64,000 nt of DNA from Bacteriovoracaceae bacterium (GTDB lineage Bacteria > Bdellovibrionota > Bacteriovoracia > Bacteriovoracales > Bacteriovoracaceae). The notes beneath the pieces were generated by a model. The model was not told where the DNA came from. It did not search any database and saw only the letters and a program-made list of their open reading frames with translations. Shown here piece after piece: positions 49,811 to 57,361 of this stretch; the stretch's first letter is position 1, and each line of letters opens with the position of its first letter. The translations under genes were made by a program, and so were the position numbers. The stretch covers positions 160,001 to 224,000 of the forward strand of contig JBLWTJ010000003.1 of the NCBI GenBank assembly GCA_048270185.1, read 5' to 3'.

Positions 49811-50891
49811 CTGAAAAGATTGGCGTGTCATTTTCACTTCCATGAACTTCGATAATCTCTTTTACTTTCTTGTCCTCAAGAAAGATGACGTTATCAACAC
49901 TCTGGCATATTAGTTTTAATATTTGAGAAAAATCGATACCGTTTTTACTATTTGAAAAAATCGAAAAGAGAGTCGTTAGCCTTAAAAGAGTATCCTTGGC
50001 GTTATTGGCATGAATTGTTGTCATCATTCCTTTATGACCAGTATTCATCGCCAAGATAAAAGGAATGATTTCTTGTGAGCGTATTTCTCCAAGTAGGATT
50101 CTCTTTGGTGACATTCTAAGGGCATAACTACAATAATCGTTTAAGCTCTTTCCTGGGCTATCGTGGGCCAGGAGGTGAGTGGTATTTGAAATATCCCCAT
50201 CAATCTCTGAAACGTCTTCTATTATAATATGATGCTCTTTTTCATCACAAAGGCTTTTACAAACTCTAAGGAAACTAGTTTTTCCGCTGGCCGTAGAACC
50301 TGCAATCACAATATTCTTATAATTTGCAATGAGCCCATCAATTGCTATTCTAACTTCCTTTGTTAATGTGAAATCTGCCAAGGTGAAATTCTCTTTCTTA
50401 TGTACACGAATAAATAACTTTGCTGACTTTGAAGGTGTCAGGGATGGATGAGAGAGGGAGAGTCTTAAGTCAATTTCTCCTTTTGTTGTTTTTCTCGTAT
50501 CTTTGAAAGAAGCGAAAGGATGAGCAAAGTTCCAATCAATATTGAGTTTTCTTGTTAAGAAATTTAAACTGAGCTCGTAATCCTGTTGATTTAAGAATTC
50601 AACTTTAAGCTTGATTGTCTCCTGTCCCTCAACTTGTACATCACTTGGTGAGTGGATGATAAATTCATTTGCCTCATACATTTCAAGTAGGTCATTAATA
50701 TAGTCTTGATGGTAAACTTTATTAAACCAGGCTTTGACTGATTCAATATTTGAAATATCTTCTTGTTTGAGATTGTTTCGATTAAGAGTTTCTATGATGA
50801 TATTATCAAAATTAATAAATTGAGACTTTTTAGACGCTTCAATGATAGATGTCTTAAATTCATTAAAGAAGTATTGATCGATTGAGTTCAT
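49743..50891 (-). CDS. tadA: TadA/CpaF-family pilus assembly ATPase
   Basis: Walker A GSTASGKT, IEDVSEI Asp box, LRMSPKRILLGEIR (Walker B), MNTGHKGMMTTIHAN (His box). Confidence 0.9.
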   Translation of the reverse strand: MNSIDQYFFNEFKTSIIEASKKSQFINFDNIIIETLNRNNLKQEDISNIESVKAWFNKVYHQDYINDLLEMYEANEFIIHSPSDVQVEGQETIKLKVEFLNQQDYELSLNFLTRKLNIDWNFAHPFASFKDTRKTTKGEIDLRLSLSHPSLTPSKSAKLFIRVHKKENFTLADFTLTKEVRIAIDGLIANYKNIVIAGSTASGKTSFLRVCKSLCDEKEHHIIIEDVSEIDGDISNTTHLLAHDSPGKSLNDYCSYALRMSPKRILLGEIRSQEIIPFILAMNTGHKGMMTTIHANNAKDTLLRLTTLFSIFSNSKNGIDFSQILKLICQSVDNVIFLEDKKVKEIIEVHGSENDTPIFSVIYENQIADHQRGLSTHSSLVG

Positions 50892-50900
50892 TAGATTCCT

Positions 50901-52160
50901 TTATCGTAATTTCGCGATAGCAATAATTCGTTTATATGTTTTAAACTTTGCTGAAGAAGAAAATAGCTTTCCTAAGACTGGTATATTTCCTAGTAGAGGA
51001 ATATTTCGTGAAGAGTTGTCATCTGTTGTCAGATCAACTTCAAACATTTGAATGGCTGAATCCTTTCCAATTAGAAAACTCGATTGCTGAACATTACCTG
51101 ATATATATGTATCACCATTGAGCTGAGTCATAGGCCTTGTAAGCTTTGTTTTATACTTTATTTTGTAGCGATTATTGATTCGACTCAGTGTTAAATCAAT
51201 TTTTAATCCTGCAAATTTCCATTGGGTATTATTTCCATTATTCACTGTTGTCGTCGTATAGGGAACTTCAGATCCAATTTGGACAATCGATTTTTCATTC
51301 GTACGAAGGAGGATTTTCTGTGTCGCAAGTGTAGAGACTTCATAATCAGTATCCCTAAGGAGTATATTTTGATTTCTTGTTAAAGCGATCGCACCATTAT
51401 CAAGAAGGTCTGTAAGACCAACATTGATTTGATCGAGTCCAAAGTTAATTTCTCTTCCATCGAGTCTTTCAATTTGAATAATTCTCATTTCCAATTTGTG
51501 ATTATCTAAATTATCAAATCTTTGGGATAGCCTAAATTTAACAAAGTATTTTTTCTCTATTGGGGCCAAGAATTTCTGATCTTTTAAAATCTCTTCACTT
51601 GTCTCACATATAATATCAAGTTGAGACTTCATACATCTGATATCATCATAGTAGTTTTGAAAGAAACGATGATGAACTTCTGATATAATACTCTTTGCAA
51701 CTTTATCTTCGAGCTTACCTTGGAAGATGATCTCTTGGTTTTTTTGAAGTAGAGGTCTTAAGACTAAGTACTGCTCAGTTGTTCTAATATTTCCTGTAAT
51801 AAAGAGACGATCTCCTTTAATTCTTCCTGTGATGCCAAAATTCTTTAGATTCGCTAAGATCTCAAGCATTTTAAATTGACCGGCCTTAGAAAGAACATAT
51901 ATCGATATCGTACGCTTTTGATTATTCTGCCAAAGAGTGATGATTGAGCGTCCTTTCATTGAGCCCTTAATCAATAATTTTGAGTTGGCCTTATCGTGCT
52001 TACTTGTTAGGATCTCCTTGTTTGAGATACTGAAGCTTTCCACTCCCTTTAACGAAATTTCAGTAACTTGGCCTATGCTGAGAGTGATCTGGTTCTGCTT
52101 TACTGCGTAAACATTGAAATTTACGACAGATATTAAGGTAATCACTTTGACAAATGGCAT
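50901..52160 (-). CDS. RcpA/CpaC-like pilus secretin
   Basis: Signal-like MPFVKVITLISVVNFNVYA; N-domain SISNKEIL...LLIKG...GRSIITLW; secretin motifs GSEVPY, WKFAGLKI, IPLLGNIPVLGKLFSS. Start moved to 52160 because the longer frame overlaps a + strand gene. Confidence 0.85.
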   Translation of the reverse strand: MPFVKVITLISVVNFNVYAVKQNQITLSIGQVTEISLKGVESFSISNKEILTSKHDKANSKLLIKGSMKGRSIITLWQNNQKRTISIYVLSKAGQFKMLEILANLKNFGITGRIKGDRLFITGNIRTTEQYLVLRPLLQKNQEIIFQGKLEDKVAKSIISEVHHRFFQNYYDDIRCMKSQLDIICETSEEILKDQKFLAPIEKKYFVKFRLSQRFDNLDNHKLEMRIIQIERLDGREINFGLDQINVGLTDLLDNGAIALTRNQNILLRDTDYEVSTLATQKILLRTNEKSIVQIGSEVPYTTTTVNNGNNTQWKFAGLKIDLTLSRINNRYKIKYKTKLTRPMTQLNGDTYISGNVQQSSFLIGKDSAIQMFEVDLTTDDNSSRNIPLLGNIPVLGKLFSSSAKFKTYKRIIAIAKLR

Positions 52161-52233
52161 GAATCTTAGTAAAAAGTCATACTCAAAAGCTGTTTTAAAT
52201 TTAGTTTTGTATATATTATTGAGGAGATAAATC

Positions 52234-52359
52234 ATGGTTTCAAGAACTCGTATCACAAGAAACAAGCGTAATGCTAAGAAAACAAAAATGGGTGCTAAGA
52301 GAAAAGCGCATAACAGAAACAAGGGAACAACTCCTAAGTTTAAAATTCATTTAGATTAA
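52234..52359 (+). CDS. 41-aa Lys/Arg-rich small protein (not in the ORF track)
   Basis: RBS GAGGAG 7 nt upstream; MVSRTRITRNKRNAKKTKMGAKRKAHNRNKGTTPKFKIHLD; own terminator downstream. Confidence 0.85.
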   Translation: MVSRTRITRNKRNAKKTKMGAKRKAHNRNKGTTPKFKIHLD

Positions 52360-52388
52360 TATTAAATTTTTCTATTGATATATAAGAT

Positions 52389-52418
52389 AGGCCTTCTTTA
52401 TGAAGGCCTTTCTTGTTT
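52389..52418 (+). terminator. Intrinsic terminator after the 41-aa gene
   Basis: AGGCCTTC-TTTAT-GAAGGCCT followed by TTCTTGTTT. Confidence 0.8.
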
Positions 52419-52436
52419 GGGCCCAACCAAGCTTAC

Positions 52437-52733
52437 TTAGCGTGCAAAGGTGTTACTAAGAACCTTTTGATTTTGTCTTACTAGGATAGGTTCAAAGTTC
52501 TTTCCCTTAAAGCATAGGTGAAGAAGGGCATCTTTATAAATGTCTTCACATGGATTCTTCTTTTTGATGAAAGCAAAGTCTGATGGTTTCACACTGTATT
52601 CTTTCATCATTTCTGTGATCATCTTGTACATGATATTTTCTTGATTATCGTATGTGTAGACTATGATCTGTCTTGCATGAATATTTGCTGAAAGAAGCAT
52701 CATAAGCAGACTAAATTTCAATTTCATAAGCAC
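52437..52733 (-). CDS. Small secreted hypothetical protein of the Tad cluster
   Basis: Signal peptide MKLKFSLLMMLLSANIHA; RBS AGGAGG; one Cys pair. Confidence 0.78.
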   Translation of the reverse strand: MLMKLKFSLLMMLLSANIHARQIIVYTYDNQENIMYKMITEMMKEYSVKPSDFAFIKKKNPCEDIYKDALLHLCFKGKNFEPILVRQNQKVLSNTFAR

Positions 52734-53208
52734 CTCCTAAAGGTTTTGGGTGGTTAGTAACTGGATATGAAGCTAACTCAAGGGCCTTAAATGGCTCAAT
52801 CTTATTCAACTCTGAAATAGGAATTTTTACTAAGTAGATAGGAGTATCATCATTACTAAGCTCTTTTATAATTTTTGCCTTATTTGTAATATGCTGGCTC
52901 CCTGAATATAGAGCGATAAATTGGTCTTTACCTACTGTATTGGTCATTTCGTTTATTTTAAGCTTTAGAATTGTTTCATCTTTATTAATGACAATCTCTC
53001 TTTCCTGAATGATTGGTTCTGATGGCATGGATAGAATAAAAGTAAAGATATTAGTCAGTAGAAGTGCCATCCAAAACTTCATATAGAGTGAGCGCTTTAA
53101 TTTCTCTTCTTTCTCCTTATTAAATAGAAGTGCTTGTGGAGTGTCCTTATTTGATTGAATTCCAATTGTTGATGAATTGTTTGATTTGTTGTTGTTTAGA
53201 ATTTTCAA
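52711..53208 (-). CDS. Single-pass membrane protein of the Tad cluster
   Basis: TM segment FWMALLLTNIFTFILSM then a beta-rich region; overlaps neighbours; start uncertain. Confidence 0.7.
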   Translation of the reverse strand: MKILNNNKSNNSSTIGIQSNKDTPQALLFNKEKEEKLKRSLYMKFWMALLLTNIFTFILSMPSEPIIQEREIVINKDETILKLKINEMTNTVGKDQFIALYSGSQHITNKAKIIKELSNDDTPIYLVKIPISELNKIEPFKALELASYPVTNHPKPLGGAYEIEI

Positions 53209-53479
53209 TCTTAACCTCCAAGTTGAGTACGAGTAAAAGTGAGCTTACAAAAACTGAAGTCCATAAAACTCCTTCAATTGTTGAATACCCATGGGACCCA
53301 AGTGCTGTGAACTTAGGGAGAAATCGTTGGAGAAAAGATTCTCCTTTAGTTTGAAATTTAGCTTGATGGCAAAAGAATGAATCTCGTCTAAGTTGCTTCC
53401 TTGATAATGAAAAGGCATATAGGCATTCCACTTCTTTTCCAACTTTGCTGTCTGATCGAAATTTCTTTTTATTTTCCAT
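53147..53479 (-). CDS. Possible TadE-like minor pilin (start uncertain)
   Basis: HG/YSTIEGVLWTSVFVSSLLLVL fits a prepilin site with Glu at +5; overlaps the upstream gene heavily. Confidence 0.45.
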   Translation of the reverse strand: MENKKKFRSDSKVGKEVECLYAFSLSRKQLRRDSFFCHQAKFQTKGESFLQRFLPKFTALGSHGYSTIEGVLWTSVFVSSLLLVLNLEVKIENSKQQQIKQFINNWNSIK

Positions 53480-53880
53480 ATTCTCTTTCCTAGGGGATCG
53501 ATAACTCCCAAGTGAATAAGATTTTCTTTCTTACATTCTTTGATATTTAAAAGCTGAAATCGAAATAGGCCTCGATATGATGCTTGCCCCATTTTTGCCA
53601 TTCTTAAAGCTAGTTTTATTCCGGCCAATTGTTGGGGTGTGATCGACGTAAATTGTAAGTAATACAGCGTTCTAATCGATGCATTTGATATGGAAATCAT
53701 CTTATAAAAAGTGTCATACTTAGAGACGACTTTCTTGGCACAGATATATGAGCGATTATAATACTGAATGAGCTTAAGCTCCTCTAAAGACCTGGCCATA
53801 TTAGAAAAGATAATCGCAATAAATGCCATAAAAAAGAGTATGGCCACAAGACTGACACTACCTTTCTCATTTAGTTGCAT
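53245..53880 (-). CDS. TadG-like pseudopilin
   Basis: MQLNEKG/SVSLVAILFFMAFIAIIF: prepilin-like leader without Glu+5, in Flp context. Confidence 0.62.
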   Translation of the reverse strand: MQLNEKGSVSLVAILFFMAFIAIIFSNMARSLEELKLIQYYNRSYICAKKVVSKYDTFYKMISISNASIRTLYYLQFTSITPQQLAGIKLALRMAKMGQASYRGLFRFQLLNIKECKKENLIHLGVIDPLGKRIWKIKRNFDQTAKLEKKWNAYMPFHYQGSNLDEIHSFAIKLNFKLKENLFSNDFSLSSQHLGPMGIQQLKEFYGLQFL

Positions 53881-54187
53881 TTTTGGGCCTGAGTCCATTT
53901 GAGATTCCTAAGATTACTTTTTGCTTTTTGTACTTTAAGTATTTTTCTTCTTTATTCTTGATAAATTTCACAGTGTAGTTTGAGTTGATATATCTATTTA
54001 GATTAAGAATACTGACACACGAAAAAGTCTTCTTAGCTTTCTTGTCATCGTGAGATTTTATTAAAGTGTAGACATAACTACGAAAAACCATGGTGTTTTT
54101 ACAACGATAAGCTTCACTTGCCATACAAGCGTATAGGAAAACAATGAAAACGAGAGTAATAGCAAGTGAGGCCTCTAAGATCTTCAA
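53867..54187 (-). CDS. Pilin-like membrane-anchored protein of the Tad cluster
   Basis: TTG start; ILEASLAITLVFIVFLYA hydrophobic helix directly downstream of flp. Confidence 0.55.
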   Translation of the reverse strand: MKILEASLAITLVFIVFLYACMASEAYRCKNTMVFRSYVYTLIKSHDDKKAKKTFSCVSILNLNRYINSNYTVKFIKNKEEKYLKYKKQKVILGISNGLRPKNATK

Positions 54188-54195
54188 GGAGAGCT

Positions 54196-54366
54196 CTAGT
54201 TGATTTTGATACTTTCAGTGATCTTATCTGATGCACTCTCTAGTCTTTTTTGAACTCGGCTTCCGAGGGTTTTAACGGCCGTAATACAGATGATTCCAAC
54301 AAGGCTTGTAATGATCATGTATTCCATAACACCTTGTCCTTTCTGATTTTTTAAAATTTTCTTCAT
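54196..54366 (-). CDS. flp: Flp (type IVc/Tad) pilin
   Basis: RBS AAGGAG; MKKILKNQKG/QGVMEYMIITSLVGIICI with the Flp G-xxxx-EY motif; 56 aa. Confidence 0.93.
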   Translation of the reverse strand: MKKILKNQKGQGVMEYMIITSLVGIICITAVKTLGSRVQKRLESASDKITESIKIN

Positions 54367-54530
54367 TGGATCTCCTTTTTTAATGCCAAATGCTTTATAG
54401 GGGAGATATGCAAAGAAATCATGTGGCCGGATAAATAAGTCGGTTATTATTCCACTTTTGAAATAAAGGATTATTTTTCCTAGTATTTTCAGCAAGTTGC
54501 TAATAATTCATGAGAGATTAAAATATCCTT

Positions 54531-55253
54531 ATGAACGATAAAAGTAACTTCTATGTATTTGAGAAAAAAGAAATTGTATTGGTTGTCTTCTTTGTAATTT
54601 TAGTGGCCATTACTTCTTTTATTTTTGGTTTAAAGATTGGATCAAACTATGGTTTTGAAAAAGCAGGCAATAGTGAAGCTGAAGAAAAAGCAATTGTTGC
54701 TCCTGTTTCAAAGCAAGATCGAATTGATCTAACTTCTCCTGAAGAAGAGAAAGTAAAAGAATTAGTCGAGTCTCAAAAATCTGAAGCAAATAAAGTTTCC
54801 AAAGAAGAACTTAATAAGAAAATTGAAGAATCTCTTAAGCAGAAAATGGTTAATGAGTTCACAAATGAAAATAAAGAATTCAATGATATCTCAAGTGATC
54901 GTCCTCAAATAGAAGAGTCTCCAAGAGAAGTTGTTGAGGAGAAATCAGAAAAAGTCGCTGAGTCTGTTCCTGTGGTTCAAGAGGCCATCGGCGATAAAAC
55001 TGATGAGTACACAGGTAAGTATACAATTGTCGTTGGTTCATTTGAGTCAATTGATGATTCAAAAGAGTTTGCTGAAGGTTTTAGAGTTCTTGGTTTTAGC
55101 CCAATTATTAATGAAAAAGATATTCCGGGCAAGGGAAATCGCTTCAGAGTTAGCTTAGGCTCTTTTGAAAGAATTATTGAAGCGAAGCAATATGTTAAGA
55201 AGAATCGCTCTCTTTTTGCAGGGCGTGATTACTTCATTACCAAATTTGAATAA
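54531..55253 (+). CDS. SPOR-domain membrane-anchored protein
   Basis: N-terminal TM, charged linker, YTIVVGSFESIDDS...RFRVSLGSFERIIEAK. Confidence 0.88.
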   Translation: MNDKSNFYVFEKKEIVLVVFFVILVAITSFIFGLKIGSNYGFEKAGNSEAEEKAIVAPVSKQDRIDLTSPEEEKVKELVESQKSEANKVSKEELNKKIEESLKQKMVNEFTNENKEFNDISSDRPQIEESPREVVEEKSEKVAESVPVVQEAIGDKTDEYTGKYTIVVGSFESIDDSKEFAEGFRVLGFSPIINEKDIPGKGNRFRVSLGSFERIIEAKQYVKKNRSLFAGRDYFITKFE

Positions 55254-55283
55254 TTCATCATTTTAAAATTTTTGTGATACCAT

Positions 55284-55311
55284 GCCCTTATTAAAAATAA
55301 GGGCTTTTTTT
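55284..55311 (+). terminator. Terminator-like hairpin abutting the manC start codon
   Basis: GCCCTTATT-AAA-AATAAGGGC-TTTTTTT then ATG. Confidence 0.65.
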
Positions 55312-56376
55312 ATGAATATTTATACACTTATCATGGCCGGAGGAAAGGGAACTCGTCTTTGGCCTGAGTCAACTGAATCAAAACCGAAACAATATCTTTC
55401 ACTAGTTGGAAAAGAGACGCTTTTAGGACAAACTCTTGAGCGATTCACTGATGCAGTAGATGTTGATAAGAGATTTATCATCACAACACGTGATCAAAGT
55501 GATTTGGCCATTAGTTGTTCAAAAGATCTCGTTAACGAAGAACATATTATTTACGAGCCAGCTGGACGAAATACTGCCCCTTGTATTCTCCTATCTCTTG
55601 CTGCTATTGAAGCTGCAGGGGCCAAAGATGAAGATATCGTGGCCGTCATGCCTTCAGATCATGTGATTCTAAATAAGAATGGCTTTACTTCAAGCTTTAA
55701 TAAGGCCGTAAAGCTCTCGAGCGAGACTCAAACTATAACTACTATTGGAATTCCTCCTCACTTTCCTCACACTGGATATGGCTATATCAGAACGAGTGAT
55801 ATGGTGGGTGATGGACTTAATGTTGATGAATTCGTTGAAAAGCCAAATTTTGAAAAGGCCAAAGAATATCTTGCGACTGGAAAGTACCTTTGGAATGCCG
55901 GAATGTTTATGGCCCCTCTTGGTGTCTTTAAATCTGAATTTGAGGCCCACTCACCAGAAATGTTTAAATTCTATAGTGAGTTAAAAGAAAGTTTAGGTAG
56001 TGAAGAAAAACTTGAAGAAGTTTATAACAAGATTCCAAAGGACTCGATTGACTATGCCATTATGGAGAAGTCCAATAAAATTACTCTAATCAAAGCAGAG
56101 TTTGATTGGAATGATTTAGGCTCGTGGGAAGCACTTGAACAAGTAGTTGACCGCGTGGAAGGAAACACTATAATTGATAGTAATGGAACTTTCCTTAAGG
56201 ATGCGACTGGAAATATTATTTATGCTCCAAATAAGCATGTTTCATTAATTAATGTAAAAGACTTAGTTGTTGTTTCTAATGAGAAGGCCGTGATGATCGT
56301 GCCTAAAGATGATTCACAACGAGTAAAAGAAATTGTTCAACATTTAAAAGAAAATAACAGAAGAGAATTACTTTAG
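55312..56376 (+). CDS. manC: Mannose-1-phosphate guanylyltransferase
   Basis: IMAGGKGTRLWPES...PKQY, EPAGRNTAP, PSDH, TGYGYI, FVEKP, SIDYAIMEK, WNDLGSW. Confidence 0.95.
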   Translation: MNIYTLIMAGGKGTRLWPESTESKPKQYLSLVGKETLLGQTLERFTDAVDVDKRFIITTRDQSDLAISCSKDLVNEEHIIYEPAGRNTAPCILLSLAAIEAAGAKDEDIVAVMPSDHVILNKNGFTSSFNKAVKLSSETQTITTIGIPPHFPHTGYGYIRTSDMVGDGLNVDEFVEKPNFEKAKEYLATGKYLWNAGMFMAPLGVFKSEFEAHSPEMFKFYSELKESLGSEEKLEEVYNKIPKDSIDYAIMEKSNKITLIKAEFDWNDLGSWEALEQVVDRVEGNTIIDSNGTFLKDATGNIIYAPNKHVSLINVKDLVVVSNEKAVMIVPKDDSQRVKEIVQHLKENNRRELL

Positions 56377-56384
56377 GAGAAGTC

Positions 56385-56594
56385 ATGGAAGTTGTTAAAA
56401 AATCTGGTGAATACACTATCGTTAAAAAGAGATCTGGGCGTTTTGCAGTTAAAGATGCCAACGGGAAATTCGTTAACAAAGAAGAAAAAGTAAAAATCCT
56501 AACTGAAGCTGGTCTAATTACTGCTCCAGTTGCAAAAGTTGAAGAAGCTCCTGCTGAAGAATCAGCATCTGAAGAAACTTCTGCTGAAGCATAA
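56385..56594 (+). CDS. Small hypothetical protein with acidic Ala/Glu tail
   Basis: RBS AGGAG, 69 aa, followed by a terminator. Confidence 0.85.
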   Translation: MEVVKKSGEYTIVKKRSGRFAVKDANGKFVNKEEKVKILTEAGLITAPVAKVEEAPAEESASEETSAEA

Positions 56595-56617
56595 TTCTAA
56601 ATTACATTAGAAATAAG

Positions 56618-56646
56618 AAAGGCTCCTGATGGAGCCTTTTTATTTT
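56618..56646. terminator. Bidirectional intrinsic terminator
   Basis: AAAGGCTCC-TGAT-GGAGCCTTT plus T run. Confidence 0.88.
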
Positions 56647-57342
56647 CTATAAGTAATTTGGTCTTTGGTCATACTCAATTGGATCTTCGATACCAGCTTT
56701 TTGAAAGCCTCTAAGTCTTAGGGCGCATGAATCACATACTCCGCAAGCCTTATCTCCACGAGCATAGCATGAATAAGAAAATTGTAGAGGAGCGTTTAAG
56801 TCAACGGCCTTTTGAACAATCTCATTCTTTGCAAGATCAATAACAGGCGTGATGATTTCAATATCACCGTCTTTTGTACCTTGCTTGATTAGCTCATTGT
56901 AAGCTTTGTAGTAACTTGGGCGACAGTCTGGATATCCAGATGAGTCTTCATTTACTGCTCCAATATAGATATTCTTAGCACCAACGACTTCTGACCAAGA
57001 AACGGCCATTGCGATGATGTGGGTGTTTCTAAAAGGTACATAACTATCAGGGATTTCTTCTGAGTCACCTTTATATTGTTTTACATCAATTCCGTCGTCA
57101 GTGAGTGAACTACCACCAATCTGCTTAAGAAATGAAACATCGATTACTTTACGAAGTGACTTATCGACCCCGTAGTGATCAGCAATTTTTTGGAAACAAT
57201 CTAATTCACGTTCTTCAGTTTTTTGTCCATAGTTTAGGTGAAGGAACGCAAGGTTCTCATGCTTCTCATTTGCAATTGCTGCACAAACTAACGAATCCAT
57301 ACCACCACTAACTAAAACAACTGCAAGTTTATCACTTTTCAA
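56647..57342 (-). CDS. queC: 7-cyano-7-deazaguanine synthase
   Basis: SGGMDS, NYGQK, YVPFRN, GYPDCR, SCY...CGVCDSC. Confidence 0.96.
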   Translation of the reverse strand: MKSDKLAVVLVSGGMDSLVCAAIANEKHENLAFLHLNYGQKTEERELDCFQKIADHYGVDKSLRKVIDVSFLKQIGGSSLTDDGIDVKQYKGDSEEIPDSYVPFRNTHIIAMAVSWSEVVGAKNIYIGAVNEDSSGYPDCRPSYYKAYNELIKQGTKDGDIEIITPVIDLAKNEIVQKAVDLNAPLQFSYSCYARGDKACGVCDSCALRLRGFQKAGIEDPIEYDQRPNYL

Positions 57343-57361
57343 AATTTTTACTCCTTATAAC

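Noticed and set aside
52161..52322. N-terminal extension of the secretin ORF (473 aa in the track)
   Set aside because: Its upstream part is the antisense of the 41-aa gene, which has an RBS and terminator. ATG 52160 gives a normal signal peptide.
54367..54440. Sigma54 promoter for flp
   Set aside because: TTGCA is present on the minus strand but no GG lies at the required -24 spacing.
54367..54495. 99-aa version of Flp
   Set aside because: The RBS AAGGAG and the Flp leader pattern place the start at 54366.
56647..57342. queC as part of a 7-deazaguanine DNA-modification or QatABCD defence system
   Set aside because: It is a canonical-length QueC among housekeeping genes, with no dpd, TatD or ATPase partners nearby.
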